The position numbers and the translations under genes were made by a program. Below, one piece after another: positions 13,190-28,109 of a stretch of DNA of 64,000 bases. This DNA comes from the human T2T-CHM13v2.0 reference genome, Homo sapiens. The notes under the pieces are model-generated. The model saw only the letters and a program-made list of their open reading frames with translations, was not told where the DNA came from and made no database searches. The DNA lies in the NCBI RefSeq assembly GCF_009914755.1, contig NC_060928.1; one strand, written 5' to 3'. Within the stretch, counting starts at the first letter, position 1, and every line of letters begins with the position of its first letter.

Positions 13190-13417
13190 TCTTTCTTATG
13201 GTTTATTTTTCAGTGATATTATTCATCAGAATGCATATTAGCACTTTCATTTGAATTGAAAGTTAACATTAAGCTTTTCTTTTTAATGGAAAGTAAATCT
13301 GTTTTGGCTGACTGATATAACAACAAAGCCTGACTTTGCTAATTAGTTTTAATGTAGACATTTTCCATAAATAAGCTTATTCTGCAGCTCTACAGTTTGT
13401 CAAAAACATATTTAAAA
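13190..13417 (+). mobile_element. Possible hAT-Charlie transposase remnant
   Basis: gacattttccataaataagcttattctgcagctc resembles the DIF..LN.LNLQLQG hAT motif; weak. Confidence 0.35.
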
Positions 13418-13626
13418 CTTTTTTTGTGGGGGTTGGAGACAGGGTCTCATTAATTAATGTCACCCAGACTGGAGCGCAGTCTGCTGCAACCTGTGTCTCC
13501 TGGGCTCAAGCAATCCTCCTACCTTAGTCTCCCAAGTAGCTGGGACTACAGGTGCATAGCCACCATGCCTGGATAATATTTTGTAGTTTTTTGTAGAGAT
13601 GGGGTTTCACCATGTTGACCAGGCTA
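13418..13626 (-). mobile_element. Partial AluJ
   Basis: gagacagggtctc...gggctcaagcaatcctcc...gtagagatggggtttcaccatgttg. Confidence 0.88.
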
Positions 13627-13677
13627 ACATTTTAATCAAACATATAATATGAAAAAAAAATGCTGAAATTAGCAATA

Positions 13678-14085
13678 CAGTTGTTTCTTGAACAACACAG
13701 GTTTGTGGGAGCTTTTTGTTTGGGGTTTTTTTTGTGCTATTAATTTTATTTATTTCTGCAATCATTATACCCAGTCAACAATGCCAAGCAATTGCATTTT
13801 TTTTAAAACCTCAAAACAATTTCAACCTTCTTGTCTTTCTCATCAGTCTCAATATGCTTCCTATGTTGATACGTATGCAAGGGGTGCGCATTTCTTTTTA
13901 AACAAAATTCCAATGAGTCCAGCAAATAACTACATTACTATTTTAAAAATACATTGGTTGCGACAGCGCGGTGGTCCACGCCTGTAATCCCAGCACTTTG
14001 GGAGGCTGAGGCGGGCGGATCACGAGGTCAGGAGATAGAGACCATCCTGGCTAACACGGTGAAATCCTGTCTGTACTAAAAATAC

Positions 14086-14116
<31 letters not shown>

Positions 14117-14917
14117 AGCCGGGCGTGGCGCCGGGTGCCTGTAGTCCCAGCTACTTGGGAGGCTGAGGCAGGAGAATGGCGTGAACCCGAGGCGGAGCTT
14201 GCAGTGAGCCGAGATCGCGCCACTGCACTCCAGCCTGGGCAACAGAGGGAGAAAGTAATAATATAATGATGATGAGTTGCTGGTTTATGAAATGTTTACT
14301 TTCTCAGAAATATGGACCACTCACCTTTACTTCCCCCCACAATTTAACTAGTTCCTAAAGACTGCTTATTATGAAATTTGATATGAAATAAGCTGATAAC
14401 TTTTAATCCAGTTTTTCAAGTTTAGAAAATCTAGTATAAAGAAGACCTGGTAGCCTGAATGACACAAGTTTGAATGGTGTGGATTCACTTATGTGAGATT
14501 TTTCTTCTGCCTCTTCCATCCCCTTGTCTTCAAGTTGAGTAGGCTGAGGAGGAGGAGGAAGAAGAGCAAGACAAACCCCTCTTCTTCCTCCCCTTCCTCA
14601 GCCTACTCAACTTGAAGACAATGAAGATAAAGACCTTTATAATGATCTACTTCCACTTAATGAATAGCAAATATATTTTTTCTCCCTCATGATTTTCTTA
14701 AAAACATTTTCTTTCCCCTAGCTTACTTTATTGTAAGAATATAGTATATAATGCATATAACGTAAAAATATATGTTAATGGACGTTTATGTTATCAGTAA
14801 GGCTTCTAGTCAACAGGCTATTAGTAGGTAAGTTTTGGGGGAGTCAAAAGTTATACATGGATTTTCGACTGTATGCAGTCGGCACCCCTAACCCCTGTGT
14901 TGTTCAAGGGCCAGCTG
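13678..14917 (+). mobile_element. Tigger2a (MER28) DNA transposon split by a ~755-bp insertion
   Basis: TIRs cagttgtttcttgaacaacacagg (13678) and cctgtgttgttcaagggccagctg (ends 14917), TA at both sides; body 14462-14917 matches recalled Tigger2a. Confidence 0.9.
13961..14252 (+). mobile_element. AluY-like element with expanded central A tract and no 3' tail
   Basis: Diagnostic gagaccatcctggctaacacggtg and ggagaatggcgtgaaccc; ends at ...aacagagggaga. Confidence 0.93.
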
Positions 14918-15001
14918 TATTTCAAATTTCCCAACTCTTTTTAAGTACAACAGGTTAAACAAGGTACTTCTAAGTGAAAAGAATAATAAACATAATTACT
15001 A

Positions 15002-15843
<842 letters not shown>

Positions 15844-17189
15844 GTTATGATTGGTTTCTAATTCTTAGTGTTACAAGCGCCTAATCAAAAAAATTTTGAT
15901 AATGAGAAATAATATGATTTTGGGTATGTAACGCTGGAAGAGCTTAGATAATTAAGTAATATAATATTAGGTCCTATGCCAGACCTTGAATCAGAATCTG
16001 TATTTTAAAAGGAACTCTCAGTGATTTATGTGCACATGAAAGTGAGGAGCACTGATGTACAAATGAATAATTTAGACAATGCAGTGACAGTCAAGGTGTT
16101 TATTTTTGCTTAGAAAAAGTCGCCATTTGCTAGATTTCAGGCTTAAAATTAAAAAGTAATATCTAGCTAGTACAAAGCCTCAAAAACACCCAAGTTCTTG
16201 GCCTACCTTCTCTTCAACCTTATCCACCTGTCCCAATTTCTCTGTGCCCTGGCCAAATAGACTGTCAATTCCTTGTGCATGACAAGTTTTGTTTCCTCAG
16301 GGCTTCTACATGTGCTGTTCCTGGAATGCTACTCCTCTCCCTCTTCACACAACCAAATCATCCTAATATTTCTCTCTCTTTTTAAAAAAGATGTATTTCA
16401 GCTTTTATTTTAGGTTTAGGGGTACATATGCAGGTTTTTTACATGAGTATATTGCGTGATGCTGAGGTTTGGGGTATGAATGATCCTGTCACCCAGGTTG
16501 TAAGCATAATACCTAATAGGTAGTTTTTCAGCCCTTGCCCCTCATCTTCTCTTTCCCTTTCCACCCTCTAGTAATGCCCAGTGTCCATTGTAACCATCTT
16601 CATGTCCATTGGTACTCAATGTTTAGCTCCCACTTATAAGTGAGAACATACAGTATTTAGTTTTCTGTTGCTGTATTAATTTGCTTAGGATAATGGCCTC
16701 CAGCTGCATCCATGTTGCTGTAAAGGATAAGATTTCATTCTTTATTGTGGCTGCATAGTATTCCATGGTGTATGTGTACCACATTTTCTTTATCGAATCC
16801 ACCATTGAAGAGCACCTGGGTAGATTCCATGTCATTGCTATTGTGAATAGTGCTGTGCTGAATATATGTGTGCATATCTTCTTGGTGGAATGATTTATTT
16901 TCCTTCGGGTATATATCCAGGAATGAGATTGCTGGGCAAATGGTAACTCTGTTTTAAATTCTTAGAGAAATCTCCAACTGCTTTCCATAGTGGATGAACT
17001 AATTTACATTCCCACCAACAGTGTGTTAGGGTCTCCTTTTCTCCACATCCTTGCCAGTATTCATTACTGCCTGGATTTTGAATAAAAGCCATTTTAACTG
17101 GGGTGACAGGATATCTCACTATAGTTTTGATTCACATTTCTTTGATGGTCAATGATGTTGAGCACCTTTTCATATACCTGTTTGCCATT

Positions 17190-17556
17190 TGATATGGTTT
17201 GGCTGTGTCACAACCCAAATTTCATCTTCAATTTTAACTCCCAAAATTCCCACAGCTGTGGGAGGAACCTGGTGAGTAGTGATTGAATTATGGGAGCAGG
17301 TCTTTCCTGCACGGTTCTTGTGACAGTGAGTGAGTCTCACAAGATCTGATGGTTTTAAAAATGGAAGTCTCCCTGCACAGCTCTCTTTTGCCTGCTGACA
17401 TTCATGTAAGACGTGACTTGCTCCTCCTTGTCTTCTGCTATGACTGTTAGGCCTTCTCAGCCATGTGGAACTGTAAGTTCATTAAATCCTTTTTTCTGTA
17501 TAAATTACCCAGTCTTAGGTATGTCTTTATCAGCAGCGTGAAAATGAACTAATACA
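17190..17556 (+). mobile_element. THE1 (MaLR) solo LTR inserted in L1
   Basis: tgatatggtttggctgtgtc...gaactaataca; 5-bp TSD CCATT (17185-17189, 17557-17561). Confidence 0.96.
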
Positions 17557-19329
17557 CCATTTGTATGTCTTCTTTTGAGAAATGTCTATTCAGATCTTTT
17601 GCCCAATTTTTAATTGGATTATTAGATTTTTTTCCTTAGAGTTGTTTGAGCTCCTTATATATTCTGGTTATTAATCCCTTGTCAGATGGGTAGTTTGCAA
17701 ATATTTTCTCCCATTCTGTGGGTTGTTGTTTCACTTTGTTGATAGTTTCCTTTGCTGTGCAGGAGTTTTTTTTAACTTGATGTGGTTCCATTTGTCCATT
17801 TTTGCTTTGGTTGCCTAGGCTTGTGGGGTATTAGTCAAGAAATCTTTGCCCAGACCAGTGTCCTGTAGAGTTTCCCCAAACTTTTACTAGTTTCGTAGTT
17901 TAAGGTCTTAGATTTAAGTCTTTAATCCATTTTGACTTGATTGTATATGGTGAGAGATAAGGGTCTAGTTTCATTCTTCTATATATGAATATGAATATTT
18001 CCCAGCACCATTTATTGAAGAGACTGTCCTTTCCCCAGTGTATATTCTTGGCACCTTTTTTAAAAATGACTTCACTGTAGATTTATGGATTTGTTTCTAG
18101 GTTCTCAGTTATGTTCCATTGGTCTATGTGTCTGTTTTTATGCCAGTACTATGCTGTTTTGTTTACTACAGCTCTGTAGTATGCTTAAAATCAGGTAGTG
18201 TGATTCTATCAGTTTTGCTTTTTTTTTTTTTTTCCTCAGAATGGTTTGGCTATTCTGGGTCTTTTCTGTTTCCATATAAATTTTAGGATTTTTTTTATTT
18301 CTGTGAAGACTGTCATGGATATTATGATAGGGATTGCATTGAATCTGTAGATTTCATTGGGCAGTACAGATGTTTTAACCATATTGATTCTTCTTATCCA
18401 TGAACATGGAGTATCTTTTCATTTTTAAATGTCTTCAATTACATGCAACAATGTTTTATAGTTTTCACTGTAAAGACCCTTCACTTCTTTGATTAAAGTT
18501 TATTCCTAGGTATCTTATTTTAATTGTAGCTATTGTAAACGGGACTATTTTCTTGATTTCTTTTTTCAGATTGTTCACTTTTGGCATTTAGAAATGCTAC
18601 TGATTTTTGTATGTTAATTTTGTATCCTGTGTCTTTACAGAATTTATGAGTTCTAAAAGTTGTTTTTGTGGAGTCTTTAGTTTTTTCCAAATAAAATATT
18701 ATATCACTTGCAAACAAGGATAATTTTACTTCTTCCTTTCCAACTTGGATGTACTTTATTTCTTTCTGTTGTCTGACTGCTCTAGTTAGAACATCTAGTA
18801 ATATATGTTGTATAACAGTGGTGTAAGTGGGCATCCTTGTCTTGTTCCAGATCTTAGATGAAAGGCTTTCAGTTTTTCACCATTCAGTATAATACTAGCT
18901 GTGGGTTTGTTGTATATAGCTTTTATTATGTTGAGGTATGTTCCTTCTATACCCAGTTTTTGAGGGTTTTTATCATGAAGGGACATTGAACTTTATCAAA
19001 TGCATTTTTAGCATGACTTGAAATGATCATATGGTTTTTGTCTTTCACTGTGTTGGTACGATGTATCACATTGATTAGTTTGTGTATGTTGCAACATCCT
19101 TGCATCCATGGGATAAAAGCCACATGGTCAGTGTGTTGCTAAATTTGATCTGTTAGCATTTTTTTGAGGATCTTCGTATCAATATTCGTCAGGGCTATGG
19201 GCCTTTAGTTTTCTTTATTTGACGTGTCTTTGGTTTTGTTATCGTGGTAATAGTGGCCCAGCAGAATGAGTTTGGAAGTATTTTCTCCTCCTCCATTTTT
19301 CAGAATAGTTTGAGTAGGATTGGTATTAG

Positions 19330-19624
19330 TTTTTTTTTTTTTGAGATGGAGTCTTGCTCTGTCCCCCAGGCTGGAGTGCAGTGTTGCGATCTTGGCTCAC
19401 TGCAGCCTCTGCCTCCCGGGTTCAAGCAATTCTCTGCCTCAGCCTCCTGAGTAGTTGGGATTACAGGCACCCACCACCAGGCCCTGCTAATTTATTTTGT
19501 ATTTTTAGTAAAGACAGGTTTTTACCATCTTGGCCAGGCTGGTCTTGAATTCCTGACCTCGTGATTCACCTGCCTTGGCCTCCCAAGGTTTGGGGATTAC
19601 AGGTGTGAGCCACCGCATCCGGCT
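19330..19624 (-). mobile_element. AluS inserted in L1
   Basis: Dimer with TSD tggtattagtt. Confidence 0.93.
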
Positions 19625-20026
19625 GGTATTAGTTCTTTTTCAAATGTTTGGTAAAACTCAGTAGGGAAGCCATTGTCTCCTGGGCCTTTCTTTACTGGGA
19701 GATTTTTTATTATGGTTTATATCTCATTACTTGTTATTGATCTGTTCAGATTTTGGATTTTGTCATGGTCCAATTTTGGCAGGTTATATGTTTCTAGGAA
19801 TTTATCCATTTCTCCTAGGTTTTCCAATTTACTGGCATGTAGTTGTTCATAGTAGTGTCTAATGATCATTTAAATTTCTGTGGTATCAGTTGTAATATCT
19901 CCTTTTTCATCTCTAATTTTATTTATTTAAATTTTAGCTCTTTTTTTCTTAGTCTGGCTAAAAGTTTGTGAATTTTGTTTATCTTTTTAAAAAACCAACT
20001 TTTAATTTCACTGATTTTTAAGTTTT

Positions 20027-20322
20027 TTATATATTTTTTATTTTTGAGACAGTGTCTCGCTCTGTTGCCCAGGCTGGAGTGCAGTGGTGGGATCTCGGCT
20101 CACTGCAACTTCCGTCTCCTGGGATCAAGCAATTCTCTGCCTCAGCCTCCCGAGTAGCTGAGATTACAGGTGCCCACCACCATGCCCGGCTAATTTTTTT
20201 TTTGTATTTTTAGTAGAGATAGGGTTTCACCATCTTGGCCAGGCTGGTCTTGAAACTTGTGATCCACCCGCTTTGGCCTCCCAAAATGCTGGGATTACAG
20301 GCGTGAGCCACTGCACCCGGCC
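20027..20322 (-). mobile_element. AluS inserted in L1
   Basis: Dimer with flanks ttcactgatttt / ttcactgatcttt. Confidence 0.93.
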
Positions 20323-23300
20323 TTCACTGATCTTTTTATTTTTTCTCATTTCAATTTTATTTATTTCTGCTTGGATCTTTGTAATTTCTTTCCTTCTACT
20401 AATTTTGGGTTTAGTTTTGTCGTTTGTCTAGTTCTTTAAGATGCACTCTCAGGTTGTTTATTTCAAGTTTTTCTACTTTTTTATGTAGGCATTTATTACT
20501 ATAAACTTTCCTCTTAGTATTGCTTTCTTCGTATCCCATAGGTTGTGTTATGTTGTGTTTTCTCTTTCATTTGTTTCAAAACGTTTTGAATTTCATTCTT
20601 TATTTCTTCATTGACCCACTGGTCATTCAGGAGCATAGTGCTTAATTCCTATGTTTTTGTATAGTTGCCAATGTTTCTATTGTTATTGACTTCTAATTTT
20701 ATTCCATTGTGGTCAAAGAAGATACTTGATATGATCTCAATTTTTAAAATGTTTTAAGACTTGTTTAGTGGCCTAACATATGAGCTATCCTTAAGAAGGA
20801 TCTATGTGCTGAGAAGAATATGTATTCTGCAGCCATCGGCTGAAATGTTCTATAAATATCTGTTAGATTCATTTAGTCAATAGTGCACATTATGTCTGAT
20901 GTTTCTTTGTTGATTTTCTGTCTGGAAGACCTGTCCAGTGCTGAAAGTGGGCTGTTGAAGTCTCCAACTATTATTGCATTGGGGTCTATCTTTCTCTTAA
21001 GCTTTAAAAATATTTGCTTTATAAAATATCTAGCTGCTCCAGTGTTGGGTGCATATGTATTTACAGTTGTTATGTTCTCTTGCTGACTTGACTCCTTTAT
21101 CATTTATAATGACCTTGTCTCTGTCATGAAATCTATTTTGTGTGACATAAGTATAGCTCATTTCAGTTGGTTTTTTGGTTTCCATTTGCATGAAATATCT
21201 CTTTCCATCCCTTTATTTTCAGTCTATGTGTGCCTTTATAAATGAAGTGTGTTTCTTGCAGGAAATAGATCATTGGATGTTGTTTTCTAAAAATCCATCC
21301 AGCCACCCTATGTATTTTGGTTTGAGAGTTTAGTTCATTTACATTCAGTATTATTATTGATAAGTCAGGACTCACTCCTGCCATTTTAAACAATTGGTTT
21401 CCTGGTTGTTTTGTGGTCTTCTGTTCCTTACTGTCTTATTTTTTGTGAAGGTGATTTTTTCTTGCTGTATGTTTTAATTTCTTCCTTTTTATTTTTTACA
21501 TATCTGTTGTAGGTTTTTTGATTTGAGGTTACCATGAGGCTTGAAAATTACATCTTATAACCCATTATTTGAAATTGATGGCAACTTAGCCCAGATTGCA
21601 AAAACAAACTAACGAAGCAAAGAAAAAACGAATACTAATTCTACAACTTTAGTTCATCCCTCCTGCTTTTTAACTTTTTATTGTTACTATTTATATCTCT
21701 TTATACTATCTATGTCTCGAAAAGTGTTTGCTGTTACTATTTTTACTAAGTTCTTTTAGTCTTTCTTTTAGTATACAAGTAGTTTACACACCACTATTAC
21801 AGTGTAATAATATGTTTATCTGTGTACTTACTATCACCAGTGAGTTTTGTACCTTAAGATGATTTCTTATTGCTTGTTAATGTCCTTTTCTTTCAGACTG
21901 AAGAACTCTGTTTAGCATTTCTTGTAGGACAGGTCTGGTGTTCATTAATTCCCTCAGCTTTCACTTATCTGCGAAAGTCTTTATTTCTCCTTCATGTTTG
22001 AAAGATATTTTGCTGGACACACTATTCCAGGATAAAAGTTTTTTTTTTCCTTTATTACTTTAAATACATCATGCCACTCTCTCCTGGGCTGTATGGTTTC
22101 CACTGAGATGTCTGCTGCTAGACGTATTGGAGCTTCTTCTATGTAATTGTTTCCTTTTCTCCTGCTGTTTTTAGGGTTCTTTCGTTATCCTTGACCTTTA
22201 GAAATTTGATTATTAAATGCCTTGAAATAGTCTTATTTGGTTTAAGTCTGCTTAGTGTTTTATAACCTTCTTTAATTTGAATATTGATATCTCTCTCTAG
22301 GTTTGTAAAGTTTTCTGTTATTATGCCTTTGAATAAACTTTCTACCTCCTCCTTGAGGCCAATAACTCTTGGATTTGCCCTTTTGAGGCAATTTTCTAAT
22401 ATCTTAAATTCATGCTTTATTCTTTTTTTATTCTTTTTTTGTCTTCTCTGACTTTGTATTTTCAAATAGCCTGTTTCATGCCCACTAATTCTTTCTTCTG
22501 CTTAATTTTGCTATTAAGAGATGCTGATGCATTCTTCACTATGTCAGTTGAATTTTTCAGCTCCAGAATTTCTGCTTGATTCTTTTTAATTATTTCAGTG
22601 TTTTTGCTAAATTTATCTGATAGGAGTCTGAATTCCTTCTCTGTGTTATCTTGAATTTCTTTGAGTTTCCTCAAAATAGCTATTTTGAATTCTCTGTCTG
22701 AAAGGTCACATATCTCTTTTTCTCCTGGATTGGTGCCTTAGTTTGCTTGGTGAAGTCATGTTTTCCTGGATGGTCTTGACGCTTGTGGATGTTAGTTGGT
22801 GTCTGGGCATTGAAGACTTAGGCATTTATTGTAGTTTTTGCAGTCTGGGCTTGTTTGTTCACATCCTTCTTGAGAAAGCATTCCAGGTATTTGAAAGGAC
22901 TTGGGTGTTGTGATCTAAGTTTTTGGTCACTACAGCTATATCTGTATTAGGGGCCACACCAAGCCCATTAATGCTATGACTCTTGCAGACTCACAGAGGT
23001 ACCACCTTAGATAAGATCTGGGAAAATTCTCTGGATTACTAGACAGAGACTCTTGTTCTCCTCTGTCACTTCCCCTACTAACTCCCCAAAATGGAGTCTC
23101 TGTGTGTGTGTTGAGATACTTGGGATTAGGAGAGAGGTGATACAGGTACTCCTGTGACCACCATACTGGAACAGTGCAGGGTCAGACCTGAAGCCAGCAT
23201 AGCACTGGGTGTTACCCAAGGCCAACGGCAACCACTGCCTGGCTACTGCCAATGTTCACTCAAGGTTCAAAAGCTCTTCAGTCAGCAGTTAGCCAATGTA

Positions 23301-25589
23301 GCCATGCTTGTGTTCTTCCCTTCAGGGCAGCAAGCTCCCCTCTGGCTCAGGGAAAGTTCAGAAATGTCATCTTGAGCCAGGCTCTAGAGTCAGGAACCTT
23401 AGGAAGCTACTTGGTGCTCTATTCTACTGCAGTTGAGCTGGCACCCAAGACACAAGACAAAGCCCTTCCCACTTTTTTCTCCCTTTCCTCATCCGGAAGA
23501 AGACTCTTCTCATGGCTACCACCATCCCAGGCCCACGACGAGTACTACCTGGCTACCTTCGATATTGACTTAAGACCCAAGAGCTCTTCAGTCAGCTTAT
23601 GGTGAATGCTGCCATGGGTCTCTCCCTTCAGGGCAGCAGGCTCCCCTCCGGCCCAGGGCAGGTCCAGAAATGCTGTTCAGGAGCCAAAGCCTGGAATTGG
23701 GGACCACAGGAGCCTGCTTGGTGCTCTACCCCACTGTGGCCAACCTGGTACCTGAACTACAGAACGAAGTCTCCCTTATTCTTCCCCCTTCTTTTCTCAA
23801 GGAGGTGTCTCTCCCTATGTCCACCACAGCTGGGAATGTACTGGTTCACACTAAAGCCAGCATGTCTCTGAGTCTCACTCAGTGAGTACTACCTTATTAT
23901 TATTGATGTTTATTCAAGACCCAAGAACTCTTTGGTTAGCAGGTGATGAATCCTGCCAGGACTGGGTCCTTCCTTCAAGACAGCAGGTTTCCTTCTGGCT
24001 CAGGGTGTATTTATTATGCCCCCCTGGGAGCTAGGGCCTAAAATGGGGACTTCAAGACAGCCTGTGCCATATTCTACTGTGGCTGAACTGGTATCCAAGT
24101 TGCAAGACAAAGTCCTCTTTACTTTCTCCTGTCCTCTCCTCAAGTGGAAGGGAAGAATCTCTCCCGAAGCTGCAAGCTGCACTGCCTGGGACTGGGGAAG
24201 GTTGACACAAACACCCCCTTGGCCTCCCCAGCTGTTGTCTCAGTAGGATGCATGCACCCCAAGTCCACTGGCTCTGAGTGTAGCACAGAACCAGGACTTG
24301 CCCAGGAATTGTAGTCCCTGTGGCCTAGACTGCCTATTAAGTTTATTTAGGACTCCAGAGCGCTTTAGCCCATGGTGGAGAGGCTTGCTGGAACTCAGGT
24401 TCTGGCCGCTGGGATGGACAATTCAACTCTTGCTAGGGCTGGTCTAAATGCTCAGGTGGACATCAGCTGATTTCTGCCCTGTGTTGCTTTCCACTGTGAC
24501 AGGGCATCACTGAATTCCAAAGTGAAGTCCCACAATCACTGCACTCTCCTTCCCCAAGTATACAGATTCTTTTTGCAGAAGATGTGGGAGGGGTGGTTTC
24601 ATCGATTCAAGACTGTCTTTTCTACCGACTTCAGTGCTCTTTCCTTGATATGATGTTAAAATCAAATACTGTGATCACTCACCTGATTTTTGGTTTTTAT
24701 GAAGGTGCTTTCTTGTGTGAACAGTTCTGGTGTTCCTGAGTGGGGAATGATCACTGGAGGATTTTATTCGGCCTTCTTACTGCACTCCTCTTCCAGTCAA
24801 CGTATACTAACAATAGCAGTTGTTATAATGATTATTTCAATCAGCAAATATGAATATGCAGTGTTAGTCAAAAATGTAATGTCCTTTAAATATAACAGAT
24901 GTTTAATTATTGCATCATACTTTAAGTTGAGAAGTATAGGCAGTAACTGCGAGCACTAGATGATGGTAACGTTACTTTTAAAGTATGGTTCATTTAATGG
25001 AAATTCAAATAAAGTATGTGGTAGTTCACATTCAAATGCAAGGTGTGACATTTATTGGTTTTTAAACATTCTTTAACATGTTTATTTTAATATAATGTTG
25101 TATTATCTGAAGCTAATTGTTTCTTCCTTCCTTTATTTAATAACCATTTATTGAATGTTTACCTTATACAGGACTCACTGCTAGGCCTAAATACAAAGAT
25201 CTGTAAGACATAATTCCTTCCTCAGAGAATTTACAGTCTAGTATGGAAACAATAGGTATTTCAAAACAGAAAAATTGGAAACCATCATGATACACACTTT
25301 ATTGATAACATAATTGTAGTGCATAGTTGGTACTAGCTGTGATTCTGGAGGTAGAGAACATGACTAAGGCCTACAGTGGGCAACCTTATCTCAGTTCTCA
25401 CACCACTGCAATTGGATTGAGAATAAGCATGGAACCCAAAAGCAGTCAATGAATCAGAAGTCAGTGTGACAAGATTCTTGATCTTTCTTGCTGGATCAAA
25501 AAAGGAAGAGTGTAAGACTAGAGTTCTGCCAGCATCTTGCTGCCATTGAAGTATGAGATTGAAGCCAGCATAGCAACTGGTTTTGCTGA

Positions 25590-25841
25590 GAGTCCTCTTA
25601 CAAGAGATTAGGACACATAGTGAGATAGGAGGGATGTGACTGCACAGAGAAAGGACTATGTGAAGACACAGGAAGAAGATGGATATCTGCAAACCAAGGA
25701 GAGAGGCCTCAGGAGAAACTGAACCTCCTGACACCTTGCTCTTGGACTTTCAGCTCCCAGAACTATGAGAAAACAAATTTCCGTTGTTTAAGCCATCTGA
25801 TCTGTGGTGTTTTGTTACGACAGCCCTAGTAAACTAAAACA
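25590..25841 (+). mobile_element. MLT1 (MaLR) LTR 3' part
   Basis: ccaaggagagaggcctcaggagaaac...cttggactttcagctcccagaactatgagaaaacaaatttccgttgtttaagcca...aaactaaaaca. Confidence 0.85.
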
Positions 25842-26247
25842 AGTGTCAATTCATATTAGGTGTAGACAGAGAAAGTATAAATTGAAGGGAGAGCTAAAGA
25901 AAAAGATAGTTAATGTCATCAAACTATGTTATTTTACTTTAGAATCAGTAATACATGCATACATTACAAAATGTCATATATGTTTAATAAATGGTTAGTT
26001 TTTATTTACTGCATGTTCGAAACACATTTTATTTTACTCTAGTATAGAACATTTTCATGGTGAAAATATCAATGTAAATAGAAAGCAGCTAAATCTTGGC
26101 TAACTTGGTGGCTACCTTTGTATTTTGAAAGCAATCTATTTTATCTCTAAATAATCCTTTTATTGTGTCTGAAATTATACAGTTAGAAATTTATTACATT
26201 CGATCTCTTTAAACTTGAAGATTTTTGTCTTCATTGATTTATTTTTA

Positions 26248-26649
<402 letters not shown>

Positions 26650-26777
26650 TCAGAAGCTGACCTTTGTATGTAAACCTCTGAATGGAAAATAAGAGGACCA
26701 AGGGGGAAAAGAGAGAGCTCAAATAGATAAACTTCACCTTTTCACCGTGAGCCCACCTTAAAAACATAGTGTTCTAC

Positions 26778-28053
26778 AGGGAAAGGATTCCCTATTCAAT
26801 AAATGGTGCTGGGAGAACTGGCTAGCTATATGCAGAAGATTTAAGCTGGTCCCTTTCCTTACACCATACACAAAAATTAACTCAAGATGGATTAAAGACT
26901 TAAATGTAAAACCTAAAACTATAAAAATCCTGGAAGAAAACCAAAGCAATACCATTCAGGAAACAGGTACGGGCAAAGATTTCATGACGAAGATGCCAAA
27001 AGCAATCGCAACGAAAGCAAAAGTTGACAATTGGGAGCTAATTAAACTAAAGAGCTTGTGCAGAGCAAATGAGACTATCAACAGAGTAAATAGACAACTT
27101 ATAGAATGGGAGAAAATTTTTGTAAAGTACGCATGTGACAAAGGTCTAATATCCAGCATTTATAAAGAACTTAAACTTACAAGAAAAAAACAAACAACTC
27201 CATTAGAAATTGGGCAAAGGACATGAACAGACCCTTCTCAAAAGAAGAAATACATGCGGCCAACAATGATATGAGAAAACTCAACATCATTGATCACTGG
27301 AGAAATGCAAAACAAAACCACAAATGCAAATCAAAATCACATCACTCAAAATGGCTATTACTAAAATGTCAAAAAAAAAAAAAAAAACAGGTGCTGGTGA
27401 GGTTGCAGAGAAAAAGGAACATGTATACACTGTTGGTAGGAGTGTAAATTAGTCCAACTATCGTGGAAGACAGTGTGGCAATTCCTCAAAGACCTAGAGA
27501 CAGAAAAGCCATTTGACCCAGCAATCCCATTACTGGGTATATACCCAAAGGAATATAAATCATTCTATTATAAAGACACATGCATACGTATCTTCATTTA
27601 CAGCATTATTCACAATAGCAAAGACATGGAATCTACCTAAACGCCCATTAATGATAGACTGGATAAAGCAAATGTGGTACATATATACCATGTAATACTA
27701 TACAGCCATAAAAAGAATGAGATCATGTCCTTTGTAGGGACATGGATAGAGCTGGAGGGCGTTATCCTTAGCAAACTAACGCAGGAACAGAAAACCAAAC
27801 ACCACATGTTCTCACTTATAAGTGGGAACTAAATGAAGAGAACTCATGGACAAACAGAAGGGAAAAACACACACTGGTGGCTATGGGAGGGTGAAGGTGG
27901 ATGAGGGAGAGGATCAAGAAAACTAACTGAGTACTAGGCTTAATACCTGGGTGATGAAATGTTCTGTACAACAAACCCCCATGACACCACAAGTTTACCT
28001 ATGTGACAAACCTGCACATGCACCCTTGAACTTAAAATAGAAGTTTAAAAAAC
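26778..28053 (+). mobile_element. 5'-truncated L1PA (older) ORF2 3' part and 3' UTR
   Basis: [26 protein letters not shown]2 fragment; ends cttgaacttaaaatagaagtttaaaaaa. Confidence 0.93.
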
Positions 28054-28109
28054 AATGCTTTTTAGTGGCCAAAATTTCCTGTGTTGTTTTCCTTTTTAAA
28101 AAATCACTA

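Larger units (their letters stand above)
16396..24792 (-). mobile_element. Near full-length old L1 (L1PB/L1MA age), ORF1 and ORF2 disrupted
   Basis: 3' UTR at 16396; ORF2 fragments ([68 protein letters not shown]); ORF1 fragments 22139-22674; 5'UTR with about three diverged ~320-340-bp units at 23230-24150. Confidence 0.93.

Noticed and set aside
23230-24150. Three diverged ~330-bp repeats with several ORFs
   Set aside because: They lie in the 5'UTR of the old L1, where tandem units are a known feature; not an array system or CRISPR
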